Virus record (IMG/VR): IMGVR_UViG_3300044260_000054 | Span: 1 to 40,329 of that record | Direction: 5' to 3' (one strand) | DNA length: 40,329 nt | Origin: a virus | Taxonomy: Duplodnaviria > Caudoviricetes | Shown: piece by piece, positions 1 to 8,900 of the stretch | Numbering within the stretch: the first letter of the stretch is position 1 | Layout of the letters: each line of letters begins with the position of its first letter | The notes under the pieces: model-generated | Database searches by the model: none | Told to the model about the DNA's origin: nothing | What the model saw: only the letters and a program-made list of their open reading frames with translations | Position numbers and translations under genes: made by a program

Positions 1-6
1 GGTGAC

Positions 7-312
7 ATGAGAGGACTTCGATATGAGAAGTTGCAACGCCGCTTCGAGGCCGCCCGCGGGCTCACGCGGATGGCACGGCCGGCGGATCCGGTATCGGGCG
101 AGCTCATCCGCCCGGGCGTGGTCGTGCTGAGCAATGGGATTGCGTATTACTCGCCCGGGGCGGTGTGGCGCGCCGCGCTCGAGCTCCAGGCCGAGGGGCC
201 AGGGCCGACCGATCGGGGCGATTTTGTGGCGGCCATCCTGGGCCGGCTCACCAAGGAACGCCTCGACGCCGAAGACGCGCAGCGCCGGGCCGCCGAGGCG
301 GTGCGGGCGTGA
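7..312 (+). CDS. hypothetical protein (101 aa)
   Basis: ATG ORF whose TGA overlaps the GTG of the next gene (GTGA). Confidence 0.6.
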   Translation: MRGLRYEKLQRRFEAARGLTRMARPADPVSGELIRPGVVVLSNGIAYYSPGAVWRAALELQAEGPGPTDRGDFVAAILGRLTKERLDAEDAQRRAAEAVRA

Positions 313-1172
313 GCGGTACGTTTTCGCGGCTCGGTGAGGCCGAATACCACGCGGACCCGGCGCCGGCGCCATCGCTGTCGGCGTCGGTCGCCCATGTCCT
401 ACTCACCCGCTCGCCCAAACATGCCTGGTACGCACACCCACGGCTGAATCCGGCCTGGACGCCGAGCCCACCGACACCAGCGATGGAATTTGGCTCGGCC
501 GTGCACGCGCTCTTTCTGGAAGGCTCGGCCGAGCGCATCGAGGTGGTGGACGCCGGCGACTGGCGCAGCAAAGCGGCACAGGCGGCGCGCGAGGAAGCGC
601 GCAAGGCCGACAAGATTCCGCTCTTGGCGGAGAAGTTTGCGGAGGCCGAGGCGATGGCGGAGGCGGGGCGCACGCAAATTCAGGGCACCGAGCTCGACGA
701 GATGCTCACCAGCGGCGAACCGGAGGTGTCCGCGCTCTGGCATGACGCCCAAGGCGTGTGGTGTCGCGGGCGCCTCGACTGGAAGGCGAAAGACCACCGT
801 CTGATTGTCGATTTGAAGACGCGCAATGCCAGCGCCGAGCCCAACACCTTCATTCGTGCGATTCTCGGCGAGGGCATGGACCTACAGGCGGCCATGTACC
901 GCCGCGCGGTCAAAGCGATCACCGGGGTTGACGCGCGGTTCGTCTTCGTCGTGCAAGAGACGGAGCCGCCCTACCTGCTGTCGATGGTGGGGCTCAAACC
1001 GGAGTGGATGAATTTTGCAGAGCACAAGCTGCGCCGCGCGCTGGAGACGTGGGAGAAATGCCTTTTGACGAACCGCTGGCCGGGCTATCCCGATCGCGTG
1101 GCGTGGGTCAACGCGCCGGCATGGGCCGAAGCGCAATGGATGGAACAAGAACTTGAGGGGGTGGCCGCATGA
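309..1172 (+). CDS. RecE/exonuclease VIII-like PD-(D/E)xK nuclease (DUF3799-like)
   Basis: GTG start at 309 by GTGA coupling; motifs EYHAD..SLSAS, FGSAVHA, CRGRLDW, IVDLKT, LQAAMY, FVFVVQE, WPGY. Confidence 0.85.
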   Translation: MSGTFSRLGEAEYHADPAPAPSLSASVAHVLLTRSPKHAWYAHPRLNPAWTPSPPTPAMEFGSAVHALFLEGSAERIEVVDAGDWRSKAAQAAREEARKADKIPLLAEKFAEAEAMAEAGRTQIQGTELDEMLTSGEPEVSALWHDAQGVWCRGRLDWKAKDHRLIVDLKTRNASAEPNTFIRAILGEGMDLQAAMYRRAVKAITGVDARFVFVVQETEPPYLLSMVGLKPEWMNFAEHKLRRALETWEKCLLTNRWPGYPDRVAWVNAPAWAEAQWMEQELEGVAA

Positions 1173-1447
1173 CGTTTGCCGAATTAGTGGAAGCCATCGA
1201 GCATCTACGCATCGAGCGGGGCAGCCAGGAGAGCGCCGAGGTAAGCGTGTCCCATTGGTCGCACCAGAGCGGCAACAAGACGCTTGAGTGGCGCATCTTC
1301 TGGACGCGCGTCCCGTCTGGGGCAGGCATGTCATACGAGGGCCGCGGGCCGACCGCGGCGCGGGCGCTGGTGAGCCTCCTGGAGAAGATCGCGCCGGTGC
1401 CGCCCGACGTCGGCCAGGTCGATCCGGTCAAAGAGGGGTACCGATGA
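1169..1447 (+). CDS. hypothetical protein (92 aa)
   Basis: ATGA-coupled at both ends; GAGGGGG SD upstream. Confidence 0.65.
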   Translation: MTFAELVEAIEHLRIERGSQESAEVSVSHWSHQSGNKTLEWRIFWTRVPSGAGMSYEGRGPTAARALVSLLEKIAPVPPDVGQVDPVKEGYR

Positions 1448-1935
1448 GGCGCTGCTCGATCGAGGGGTGCGAAGGTCGTCACATGGCGCGCGGCTGGTGC
1501 CAGATGCACTATAACCGCTGGTGGAGAAACGGCGATCTCCGTAAGCGACGGCGTAACCACGGAGAGGGGACGCGACACGCGGACGGGGGCTGGCAGTTTG
1601 TAGTCAGGGGCCGGACCGTCTTCCGCCATATCCTTATGGCGGAGCGCGCGTGTGGGTTTCGCCTCGGTCGGCACCATCCGGTGCATCACGTTGACGGCAA
1701 CCGCAGCAATGATGCGAACACGAATCTCGTGATCTGTGAGAGCCCCGCGTATCATCGGCTGCTCCACATCCGGACACGCGCCCTGAAAGCGTGCGGCCAT
1801 GCGAATTGGCGCCATTGCTGGCGCTGCGGCCAGTGGGATGCGCCCGAAAATCTCCGGTTCAACGGTCACAGCAACAACGTCAAGGGACATCGAGAGTGCA
1901 TCGCCGCATACGCGAGAGAACGGAGGGCCGCCTAA
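1444..1935 (+). CDS. HNH homing-type endonuclease with N-terminal Zn motif
   Basis: CSIEGC..ARGWCQMHY N-terminus and VHHVDGNRSND...NLV...YH HNH motif; start at 1444 (ATGA). Confidence 0.85.
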   Translation: MRRCSIEGCEGRHMARGWCQMHYNRWWRNGDLRKRRRNHGEGTRHADGGWQFVVRGRTVFRHILMAERACGFRLGRHHPVHHVDGNRSNDANTNLVICESPAYHRLLHIRTRALKACGHANWRHCWRCGQWDAPENLRFNGHSNNVKGHRECIAAYARERRAA

Positions 1936-2954
1936 TGTACGAGTTTCGACCCGCGGTGACGACCGAAGCCAAACCCTTGATCGGATTATTCGCAGAGAGT
2001 GGCTGCGGCAAAACGATGTCAGCACTCCTGCTTGCCAAAGGCTTCACGGAGAACATGCGGAAGGTGGGGATGATCGAAACCGAATCGGGGCGTGGCGAGG
2101 TGTTCGCCGATGATCCAGTAGTCGGTGGCTACCGGGTGCTCTCGATTCGTGAAGACTTCTCACCGAAGAACTACGGGAAGGCAATCACGGCAGCCGAGAA
2201 AGCAGACCTACGCGTGTTGATAATTGATTCCGCCTCGCACGAATGGGACGGCGCCGGCGGCGTGCTGGCGATGGCCGCCAAGAATCAGGCCGAAGGGAAG
2301 AAAGGGCCGATCGTGTGGCAGCAACCGAAGATCGACCACGCCCGCGAGTTTGTTCTCCGGCTCCTACAAACGCCGATCCCGCTGGTGATCGTGTGCATGA
2401 GGGCCAAATATCCCATGACGCAAGTAACGGCCGACTACGCCAAGACGCACCCGGGGGCGAAAGTAGGTGAGTGGGTACGCGACACCGAACTGTCGCCGAA
2501 ACAGTCCGAAGATATTCTCTACGAGATGATGGTCCATGGCTGGATCGACAAGGAGCACCGCCTCCACGTCACGAAGTACACGAAGGAGGCGTTTCGCTCG
2601 ATCTTCCTCGACGGCGAGCCGATCACAGTCAAGACGGGCGAACGGCTCGCGGCCTGGGCCGCGGGCGCATCTGTTCCCGCCGCACCGCGGGCCGGGGCCC
2701 CGAGGGAACCAGCGCCCGCGAGCGCAACTCGGGGCGCCGCACCCTCGCGCAACGCCATCATTGCCCAGGTAACGACCGCGGCGGAGGCGGCCGGGTGGGG
2801 CGTGCGGGATCTCTTGAAGCTGATCCTCAAGCGGGACATTCGCAGCTCGCGCGAGCTCACCGAGGCCGACGTGCAGGCCCTCGCCGCGCTGACGCCGGAG
2901 CAACTCAAGCTCGCCATGGAGAATGCACTTGCCGACGCTGCCGCTGGCAAGTGA
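1935..2954 (+). CDS. Sak4-like AAA ATPase / single-strand annealing recombinase
   Basis: TAATG coupling; Walker A ESGCGKT, Walker B IIDSASHEW, VIVCMRAK; lies downstream of the RecE-like gene. Confidence 0.75.
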   Translation: MYEFRPAVTTEAKPLIGLFAESGCGKTMSALLLAKGFTENMRKVGMIETESGRGEVFADDPVVGGYRVLSIREDFSPKNYGKAITAAEKADLRVLIIDSASHEWDGAGGVLAMAAKNQAEGKKGPIVWQQPKIDHAREFVLRLLQTPIPLVIVCMRAKYPMTQVTADYAKTHPGAKVGEWVRDTELSPKQSEDILYEMMVHGWIDKEHRLHVTKYTKEAFRSIFLDGEPITVKTGERLAAWAAGASVPAAPRAGAPREPAPASATRGAAPSRNAIIAQVTTAAEAAGWGVRDLLKLILKRDIRSSRELTEADVQALAALTPEQLKLAMENALADAAAGK

Positions 2955-3093
2955 GCCGTGCCCGTACTGTGGCGGTCCCGTTGGAGCACACGGGTGCTGG
3001 AACGAGGACCCGCAGGAACCGGACGACGACGAAGACACGGACCCGCCCGGCGGCTTTTGGGAACAAGTGAGACGGGACAACCCCGTCACGTAG
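2923..3093 (+). CDS. small acidic CxxC protein (56 aa), not in the ORF track
   Basis: Hand translation MHLPTLPLASEPCPYCGGPVGAHGCWNEDPQEPDDDEDTDPPGGFWEQVRRDNPVT; fills the gap before the 3103 RBS; start uncertain. Confidence 0.45.
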   Translation: MHLPTLPLASEPCPYCGGPVGAHGCWNEDPQEPDDDEDTDPPGGFWEQVRRDNPVT

Positions 3094-3102
3094 AGGAGGA
3101 GG

Positions 3103-3324
3103 ATGATGGCGGAACTTATTCAGACGTGCCAGCTGTGCGCGGCGCCGGTGCACTACATTCGCAGTGCAAAGGGCCGTTTGCGGGCCTGCAACTACAGGCC
3201 GGTGACGGTCATGCTTGAGAACGGCCAAACGGTCAAAGGCTACCTACCGCACGCGCCGACGTGCACCTGGAAACAGCCCGAACCGGAGGCGCCCGCGGCC
3301 GAGCCCGCACCCGTCGAGGAATGA
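3103..3324 (+). CDS. small putative Zn-binding protein (73 aa)
   Basis: Strong GAGGAGG SD; CQLC near the N-terminus and HAPTC near the C-terminus. Confidence 0.7.
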   Translation: MMAELIQTCQLCAAPVHYIRSAKGRLRACNYRPVTVMLENGQTVKGYLPHAPTCTWKQPEPEAPAAEPAPVEE

Positions 3325-3608
3325 GCCGGCGCAAACCGTCGACGCCCCGCTCGCAAGTCAAGTCGGCGCTGCGTCGGCTATGGCTCCGATCGCGGGAACG
3401 TCAGGCGACGTTGAAGCGGGACGGGTACAGCTGTGTTGAGTGCGGCGTGAAGCAGAGCCGGCGTAAGGGCTCTGAGGTCTATGTCGAGGTACACCATCGG
3501 GACGGTATCCAGTGGGAAAAGATCATGGACTACCTCTATCGACACCTCTTGTGTCCACCAGAGCAGTTAGAGACGCGATGCAAACCCTGTCACGACAAGG
3601 AACCATAA
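3321..3608 (+). CDS. small HNH endonuclease
   Basis: RDGYSCVECG...VEVHH...LETRCKPCH; ATGA-coupled start at 3321. Confidence 0.8.
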   Translation: MSRRKPSTPRSQVKSALRRLWLRSRERQATLKRDGYSCVECGVKQSRRKGSEVYVEVHHRDGIQWEKIMDYLYRHLLCPPEQLETRCKPCHDKEP

Positions 3609-3676
3609 CAACAACCCGAGGGGCGGCTCGGTGCGCGCATGGGTGCCGCCCTCCCCATGCGTTCGGAGGGGAAACG

Positions 3677-3868
3677 ATGGCACGCACCGCAGAACAGACG
3701 GCCGCGGTATTGCTGGCGGCCATGCCGTACCGAAATGAAATGCGCTGGCGCGAGCTTACCACGGCCGATGTGCAGCTGCTCGATCGGCTCCGCGATCGGC
3801 TCCTCTTGCACCTGCTAGACCTCGATCGGCTCCGTGATCTCGCCCGGCGCTTGGGAGCAGGGGAGTGA
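3677..3868 (+). CDS. hypothetical protein (63 aa)
   Basis: GGAGGGG SD at 3665-3671; starts MARTAEQ; Leu/Arg-rich helix. Confidence 0.55.
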   Translation: MARTAEQTAAVLLAAMPYRNEMRWRELTTADVQLLDRLRDRLLLHLLDLDRLRDLARRLGAGE

Positions 3869-4161
3869 TGGCTGACGTGGACGAGATCACCGCCCACACA
3901 AGCCAGGCCGAGCAGTGGGAGCGGCTGACGGCCGAGAACGCCCGCCTCACCGCCGAGGTGGCCGAATGGCGCGAGGCGCGGGACTGCGCGCAAGCGACGG
4001 CTATAGCCCTGGAGGCGGAGCATATCCGCCTGACCGCCGAGGTCGAACGGTTACGCACGATTCTACAACGATGCATGACCATTCTGGATGAAGTCCGTCC
4101 GGACGAGGAGGTGCGACAGCTCTGCTGCGACCTACGCGCCGCCCTGCGCAAGGGGGAGTGA
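3865..4161 (+). CDS. coiled-coil hypothetical protein
   Basis: RLTAE repeated three times; coupled start (GTG 3865 or ATG 3868). Confidence 0.65.
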   Translation: MMADVDEITAHTSQAEQWERLTAENARLTAEVAEWREARDCAQATAIALEAEHIRLTAEVERLRTILQRCMTILDEVRPDEEVRQLCCDLRAALRKGE

Positions 4162-4292
4162 TGGCCTCAATAAGTCGATACCTGCTCCTGATCGGCCTGG
4201 CCCTTGTCGGCTACGTGCTCTGCGCCCAGGTTGTCGGGCTGTTTCGCACCCGTGACGTGTGTGGAACAAGCATGGTGCGCAAGGGGGAATGA
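4161..4292 (+). CDS. small single-TM protein (43 aa), not in the ORF track
   Basis: MASISRYLLLIGLALVGYVLCAQVVGLFRTRDVCGTSMVRKGE; TGATG-coupled at both ends with AAGGGGGA SD. Confidence 0.65.
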   Translation: MASISRYLLLIGLALVGYVLCAQVVGLFRTRDVCGTSMVRKGE

Positions 4293-4600
4293 TGAACGAG
4301 CGCACAACAAACCTCCTCATGTTCTTCGCCGCCGCCGCGGTGCTCGGCTGGTGCATCTTCCTGGCGTTCGGGTGCGGCAATCAGTCGCGGATCTCGGCGG
4401 AGGCGGCCGCGGTTACGCCGGCGCCGTTGCCACCGACGTTCGCGCCGGATGGCACATGGAGCTACGCCAACTGGTCGGGACCGCCCTCGGCGCCGGTACC
4501 GTGCTGGTACACGCTCTCATGGCATTGTGGCGCCGACGTGCCGACGCCGGGCTTCGCCTACGTCGACGGCTCCAAAATCACGCCGATTCCCTGTAACTAA
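4289..4600 (+). CDS. putative lipoprotein / membrane protein
   Basis: Hydrophobic N-terminus ending LAFGC (lipobox-like), then a Pro/Trp/Cys-rich region; stop overlaps the convergent stop of the - strand operon. Confidence 0.6.
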   Translation: MMNERTTNLLMFFAAAAVLGWCIFLAFGCGNQSRISAEAAAVTPAPLPPTFAPDGTWSYANWSGPPSAPVPCWYTLSWHCGADVPTPGFAYVDGSKITPIPCN

Positions 4601-5952
4601 CGGCGCGCGGCGAGCAGCTGGCGCACCGAGGCCGTGGGGCGCAGCTCGCGCCGGCGGCCGCCTGCCCGGAGGAGCTTATGCTCCTCGAGCGCCTCGTAAT
4701 CTGCCGCCATCTGCGGGCCGAGATCGTTGCGGTAGCGCATCTTCGGGATATGGAGCACGTCGATATTGCCGTAGGCTTGCCGGGCGGCCTTTTCGATCGT
4801 GGCGCCAACCCCGACCACTTGCGCGACCCACCCATGAGGGCCGCTGGTAATGGGCTCGCCGTGCTCGTCGAGCGCCAACTCCATAGGGTACACGCCAGAC
4901 TCGTCGAGGGACTCCTCAGGGTCATAGCCACTGATCGGGAGATCCTCGGCCAGGTCGACGTCTTCGGGCGGGATCGGGAACGGGGGAACGTGGATCCGCA
5001 CGCCGACGGCGAACTTGTCACTTGAGGCGCGCGCCGGCGAGCCATTGGCAATCTCCCACAAGACACCGGCGAAGTCGTCGACCAACGGCATGAGTGCCTG
5101 AATCGCGCCGTAGCCAAACCGGGGCGTGAACTCTAACCACCAGGGAACACCCATGTCGTCAACAATGGCGTTGACGTCGATCGGGCCCCGGTATCGGCCG
5201 CGCAGGTAGTCGGCCAGGGGGAGCACGAGCTCGGCCACCAGGGGCGCCTCGAGCTCGGGATAGATCCAGACGGCTTCGCCGCTCGAGCCGATCTTTTCGC
5301 CGATGTCGCCGGGCATGAGCTTATTGCGCTCAAGCGTGCCGTTCGGGAGGCTGAAATTTTCGCCGTCAAACCAGGCTTCGGTGGATACCTCGAGGCCCTT
5401 GATGACCTCCTGCAAAATGAAGTCGGGCGGTTCGTGCAGCTTCTCGAAGCGGGGCGCGAAGTAGCGAAACAGGCGCTCCATTTGCTCGCTGGAGTCCGCA
5501 ACCTGGGTGCCGACGCCGGCGCGGTTGGCCTTGAACACGGCGCCATGCCGGAACGTCTGCCCGCCGAGCCACTTGCTTGCCTCCTCGAACGCTCGCGGGC
5601 CGGAAAAACTTTCCCACTTCGGGATATGGAGCCCGGCGGCCTTGGCAATCGTGGTTCCGAACGCGCGATTTTTTTCCAGGCGGTGCGCGAACGTCGAGGA
5701 GCCGAGGCAGGGCGTGCCGGCGGCCATGAGCTCGTCGGCCTCCTCCGGCAGCTGCTTGTCGTTGCAGTCGAACACCACGCAATGGGCCCAGCTCCGCGCG
5801 GCGTCGTCATAGTGGCACTTGTCGACCAGGCGGTCGCCAACCCGGGCGGCCGCGCGATCGCAGATCGCCATGCGGGCGCTGTGGCCCTCCTCCATCACGC
5901 GACGCGCGAGCGAAAGGCCCTCGCCCCAGCGGCTACGGAAAAGGAAATTCAT
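4597..5952 (-). CDS. PurD (GAR synthetase)-like ATP-grasp ligase, function unknown
   Basis: LEKNRAFG, VFKA, FILQEVIKGLEVSTE, GPIDVN, LEFTPRFGY and C-terminal MRYRNDLG match the PurD/ATP-grasp architecture. Confidence 0.8.
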   Translation of the reverse strand: MNFLFRSRWGEGLSLARRVMEEGHSARMAICDRAAARVGDRLVDKCHYDDAARSWAHCVVFDCNDKQLPEEADELMAAGTPCLGSSTFAHRLEKNRAFGTTIAKAAGLHIPKWESFSGPRAFEEASKWLGGQTFRHGAVFKANRAGVGTQVADSSEQMERLFRYFAPRFEKLHEPPDFILQEVIKGLEVSTEAWFDGENFSLPNGTLERNKLMPGDIGEKIGSSGEAVWIYPELEAPLVAELVLPLADYLRGRYRGPIDVNAIVDDMGVPWWLEFTPRFGYGAIQALMPLVDDFAGVLWEIANGSPARASSDKFAVGVRIHVPPFPIPPEDVDLAEDLPISGYDPEESLDESGVYPMELALDEHGEPITSGPHGWVAQVVGVGATIEKAARQAYGNIDVLHIPKMRYRNDLGPQMAADYEALEEHKLLRAGGRRRELRPTASVRQLLAARR

Positions 5953-8900
5953 GGTTGCGCGAACTCCTGCACGAGCCGCTCCCGGTCGGCTTTCGGCAGC
6001 GCCTCAAACTGCCGCTGAATGCTGGTCTTGCCGCTCGACTTGAGGAGGTTGCTGAGCGTTTGCACGGTCACGGGCCGTTCCTGCTTCGCGGCCTCGACCA
6101 CCCACGCCTTGAGGGCTTCGGTGTCGCCGGCCTTCACGCCCTCGCGCGCCTTCACCTTCAGCTGGTCGAGCGTCTTTTGCTCAGGGGTGCGCGGCCCCCG
6201 AGCCCCGTGAATATCCTGTAAGCGGCCTTGAATCTCTTTCTGTAACGGGCTGGTGATAACGGCGCGCGGCGCCTTGGTGATGCCGGCGAAGGCTTCGAGG
6301 TGTGCCGGAAGACTGGCTTTGCCTTCCGCAAGCCGGCGGTATTGCTGCACGCTGAACGGCTGCATCTCGGTCATCATGTGCTCGGCTACCTGCTTGACCT
6401 TTGTCGGCAGCACGTCGTTCGGATTCCAGATGTAGTCGCCGAAAAAGTCGCGGTTCTGCCAAAGATTGACGGCGAGGTTCAGCACGGGCGACAGCTTGTT
6501 GACTATCGTGCCCTTGATATCCGTGATGCCGTAGATGTCCTTGAAGTAGGTCGGGAACCGCACGCGGATTTCATTGCCGTCCGCGTCGCGTTGTCCATTG
6601 CGAGGGAAAAAATAGTCCTTGAGTTGCTGCGGGGCCTCTCCGGTGTGGAGGTATTGGTAGAGCGCGCCGGCCGAGGCGACGGTGAACGTGAGCCCGGCGA
6701 GATACTGCATCTTCGGTGTGAACTGCCCGCCCTGGCCCGTCAGCAATCCCTTGATTGCCTGCGGTGTGTCCTGGAGGGCGGCACCGCCGAGCTCGCGCAG
6801 CGTCCCGTGGTTCCAGCCGACCGCGCGCCACATGAGTTGCATCGAGGATTGAAACGTCCGGTTCCAAAACAGGTTATCGTAATTGATCTTGCCGAAACGG
6901 TTCTCAATGTTCTTCCAGGCGTCGCGGGCCACGGTCTGTTGACTGATCTTGCCGGCGGCGATGTCGCCCGCGTTGCGTTCCAGCTCGTCGGCCATGAGGT
7001 CGAGGTAGGCGCCGACCTTCACGCGCGGGATGACGTGCTCGAACAGCGGTTTCATCATGCCGTCGATTGCGGCCATCGGTGCTTTCGTGATTGCCGCGCC
7101 GTATTCCTTGCGGCGCATGTTGGCGAGGAACGCATCCCACACGCTGCCCGTGCCAAACGCGCCGGTGGGCCTGGCAAGCTGTGCGCCAGCCTTCAGCGGG
7201 CCGAGTGCGGCCTCGACAAGCGCCGGGTCATTCCAGGCTTTGACGCCTTCGCGGAGGTAGCGGTAGGGGGCGATCGGGGTTTCGAGCGCCCGTTTGGCTG
7301 CGCCGACCCAATCGCCGCGGGCGAGCCGGCCCATGGCGAGCCCAGCGTGCGACGCGACCGGGTTGAACACGACATCGCCGACCGCATGGAAGCCGGAGAG
7401 GCCGAGTTGTAAGCCATTCAAGCTCGCGTTGGCACGCATGACGGCGCGCACGGTTGGCCGTTCCATCATCTTGTTACGGGAAAGGTAGTTATTTAGGAGC
7501 CGCGCCTCGCCCTCGTCGACGGCCCAGCGGCCGGCGAGCGTCGGACCCATTGCGGTACGGCCGAGCGTGCGAACCTCGGGCGGGAGATGTAGTTCGGTGG
7601 CCTCAGTGCGCAGGATTGTGCGGATCTTCTCGGTGATCTCCTTGATGACGGTCGTTTGTGCCTCGGCGGAGGCTTCCGGCGTCGCCTTTGCGCCCGCGGC
7701 CTTGAGGCGATCAATGAACTGGCGCGCTTCCCCCTCTGAGAATCCGCGCGCCGTCAGCGCCTCGTAGACTCGATCCTCGATCTTGCCGGCCGGGACGTTG
7801 GGCGGGCCGGTGCCGCCGGTTGTCTCGACGGTGCGCGTTGTGCGCGCTGGCCCCTGGGTTGCGCGTTCGGTGCGTACCACCTCGGCGAATTGCGAGAGGG
7901 TGTCGCGGAGATTGCCCTCAGGGATGATGAGGGGCACCTGATTGCGCGGGAAGTATCTACGCGCGACCGCATCGTCAAGGAATGCCTTACCCTCGGGCGC
8001 TTGTCCGGTCCCGGGCACCCACTGCCAGCGGCCCGCTTCAATGCCGTCCTGACTGACGTGCTGCGCGTAGACGAACTTGCGCACGTCCTCTAGGTAGGTG
8101 CGGACCAGGGTTTCAGGGTTGTCGGTGACGGGCTCCAGGCCGGCGGCGATGCCGTCCTCGAAGTCGCGGTAGAACTTCTTTCGGAGGAAATTCTTTGAGC
8201 CCTCCAGCGGCCGGCGCCCGCGTGTCATCAGCACCCGTTCCGCGTTGGCGGGATCTTTCCAGATGCCGGGTACGTAGTTTTCGAGGTAAGGGAAGTCGCC
8301 GCGCACCTCGGCCACGCTGAGCGCCGCAGCGTCGAGGGCCTGCCGGTGGAAGTCGGCGAGGCGTTGCAGTTCGGGGGTCGACTGTTTGCGGCCGGTAGAC
8401 ATGCGGCCGAGGTAATCGTAGGCAGCCTGCTTTCCGCCCGCGCCGATCATCCGGTCAAACGTCGCTTCGTTGCCCTTCGATGCCTGGTTGTACTGGAACC
8501 GCGCGGCCTCGATGTCGGCCCCCTTGCGACCGACGAGCGTGTTGAGCGTCTCGTCGCTGGCGAAGCCGATAGGATCAAACCACTTCGCCAGAAAGGCAGC
8601 ATCTTCCTTGAGCGCCCCCGCCACCTTCTCGGCGGTCTGCGCCCCTGGCACGACGGCGGCCCCCTTCTCACTTTTCAGGATGTCGGCGACGGTGGCTTTG
8701 CCTTTGCGTACCTTCTTGGCTGCTGGCGGAGGTGGTGGAGCGGGTTCTCCCCATACGTCTGCGCGGACGGTCCCGTACAGTTCGCGGAACTCTGGCTTTT
8801 TCGCGCTCTCTGCCATCACTTCGGCTTCAGGCTTGGTGAAGTCGATCATTTGGCCGAGCCGCCACGCTGCTACCCTTGCTTGTTCCTGGGTGGAAAACTC

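Noticed and set aside
4597-5952. Calling the ATP-grasp gene purD, or evidence of a Z-base or modified genome
   Set aside because: The N-terminal motif is divergent and no purZ, dATPase, polymerase or other pathway genes were recognised.
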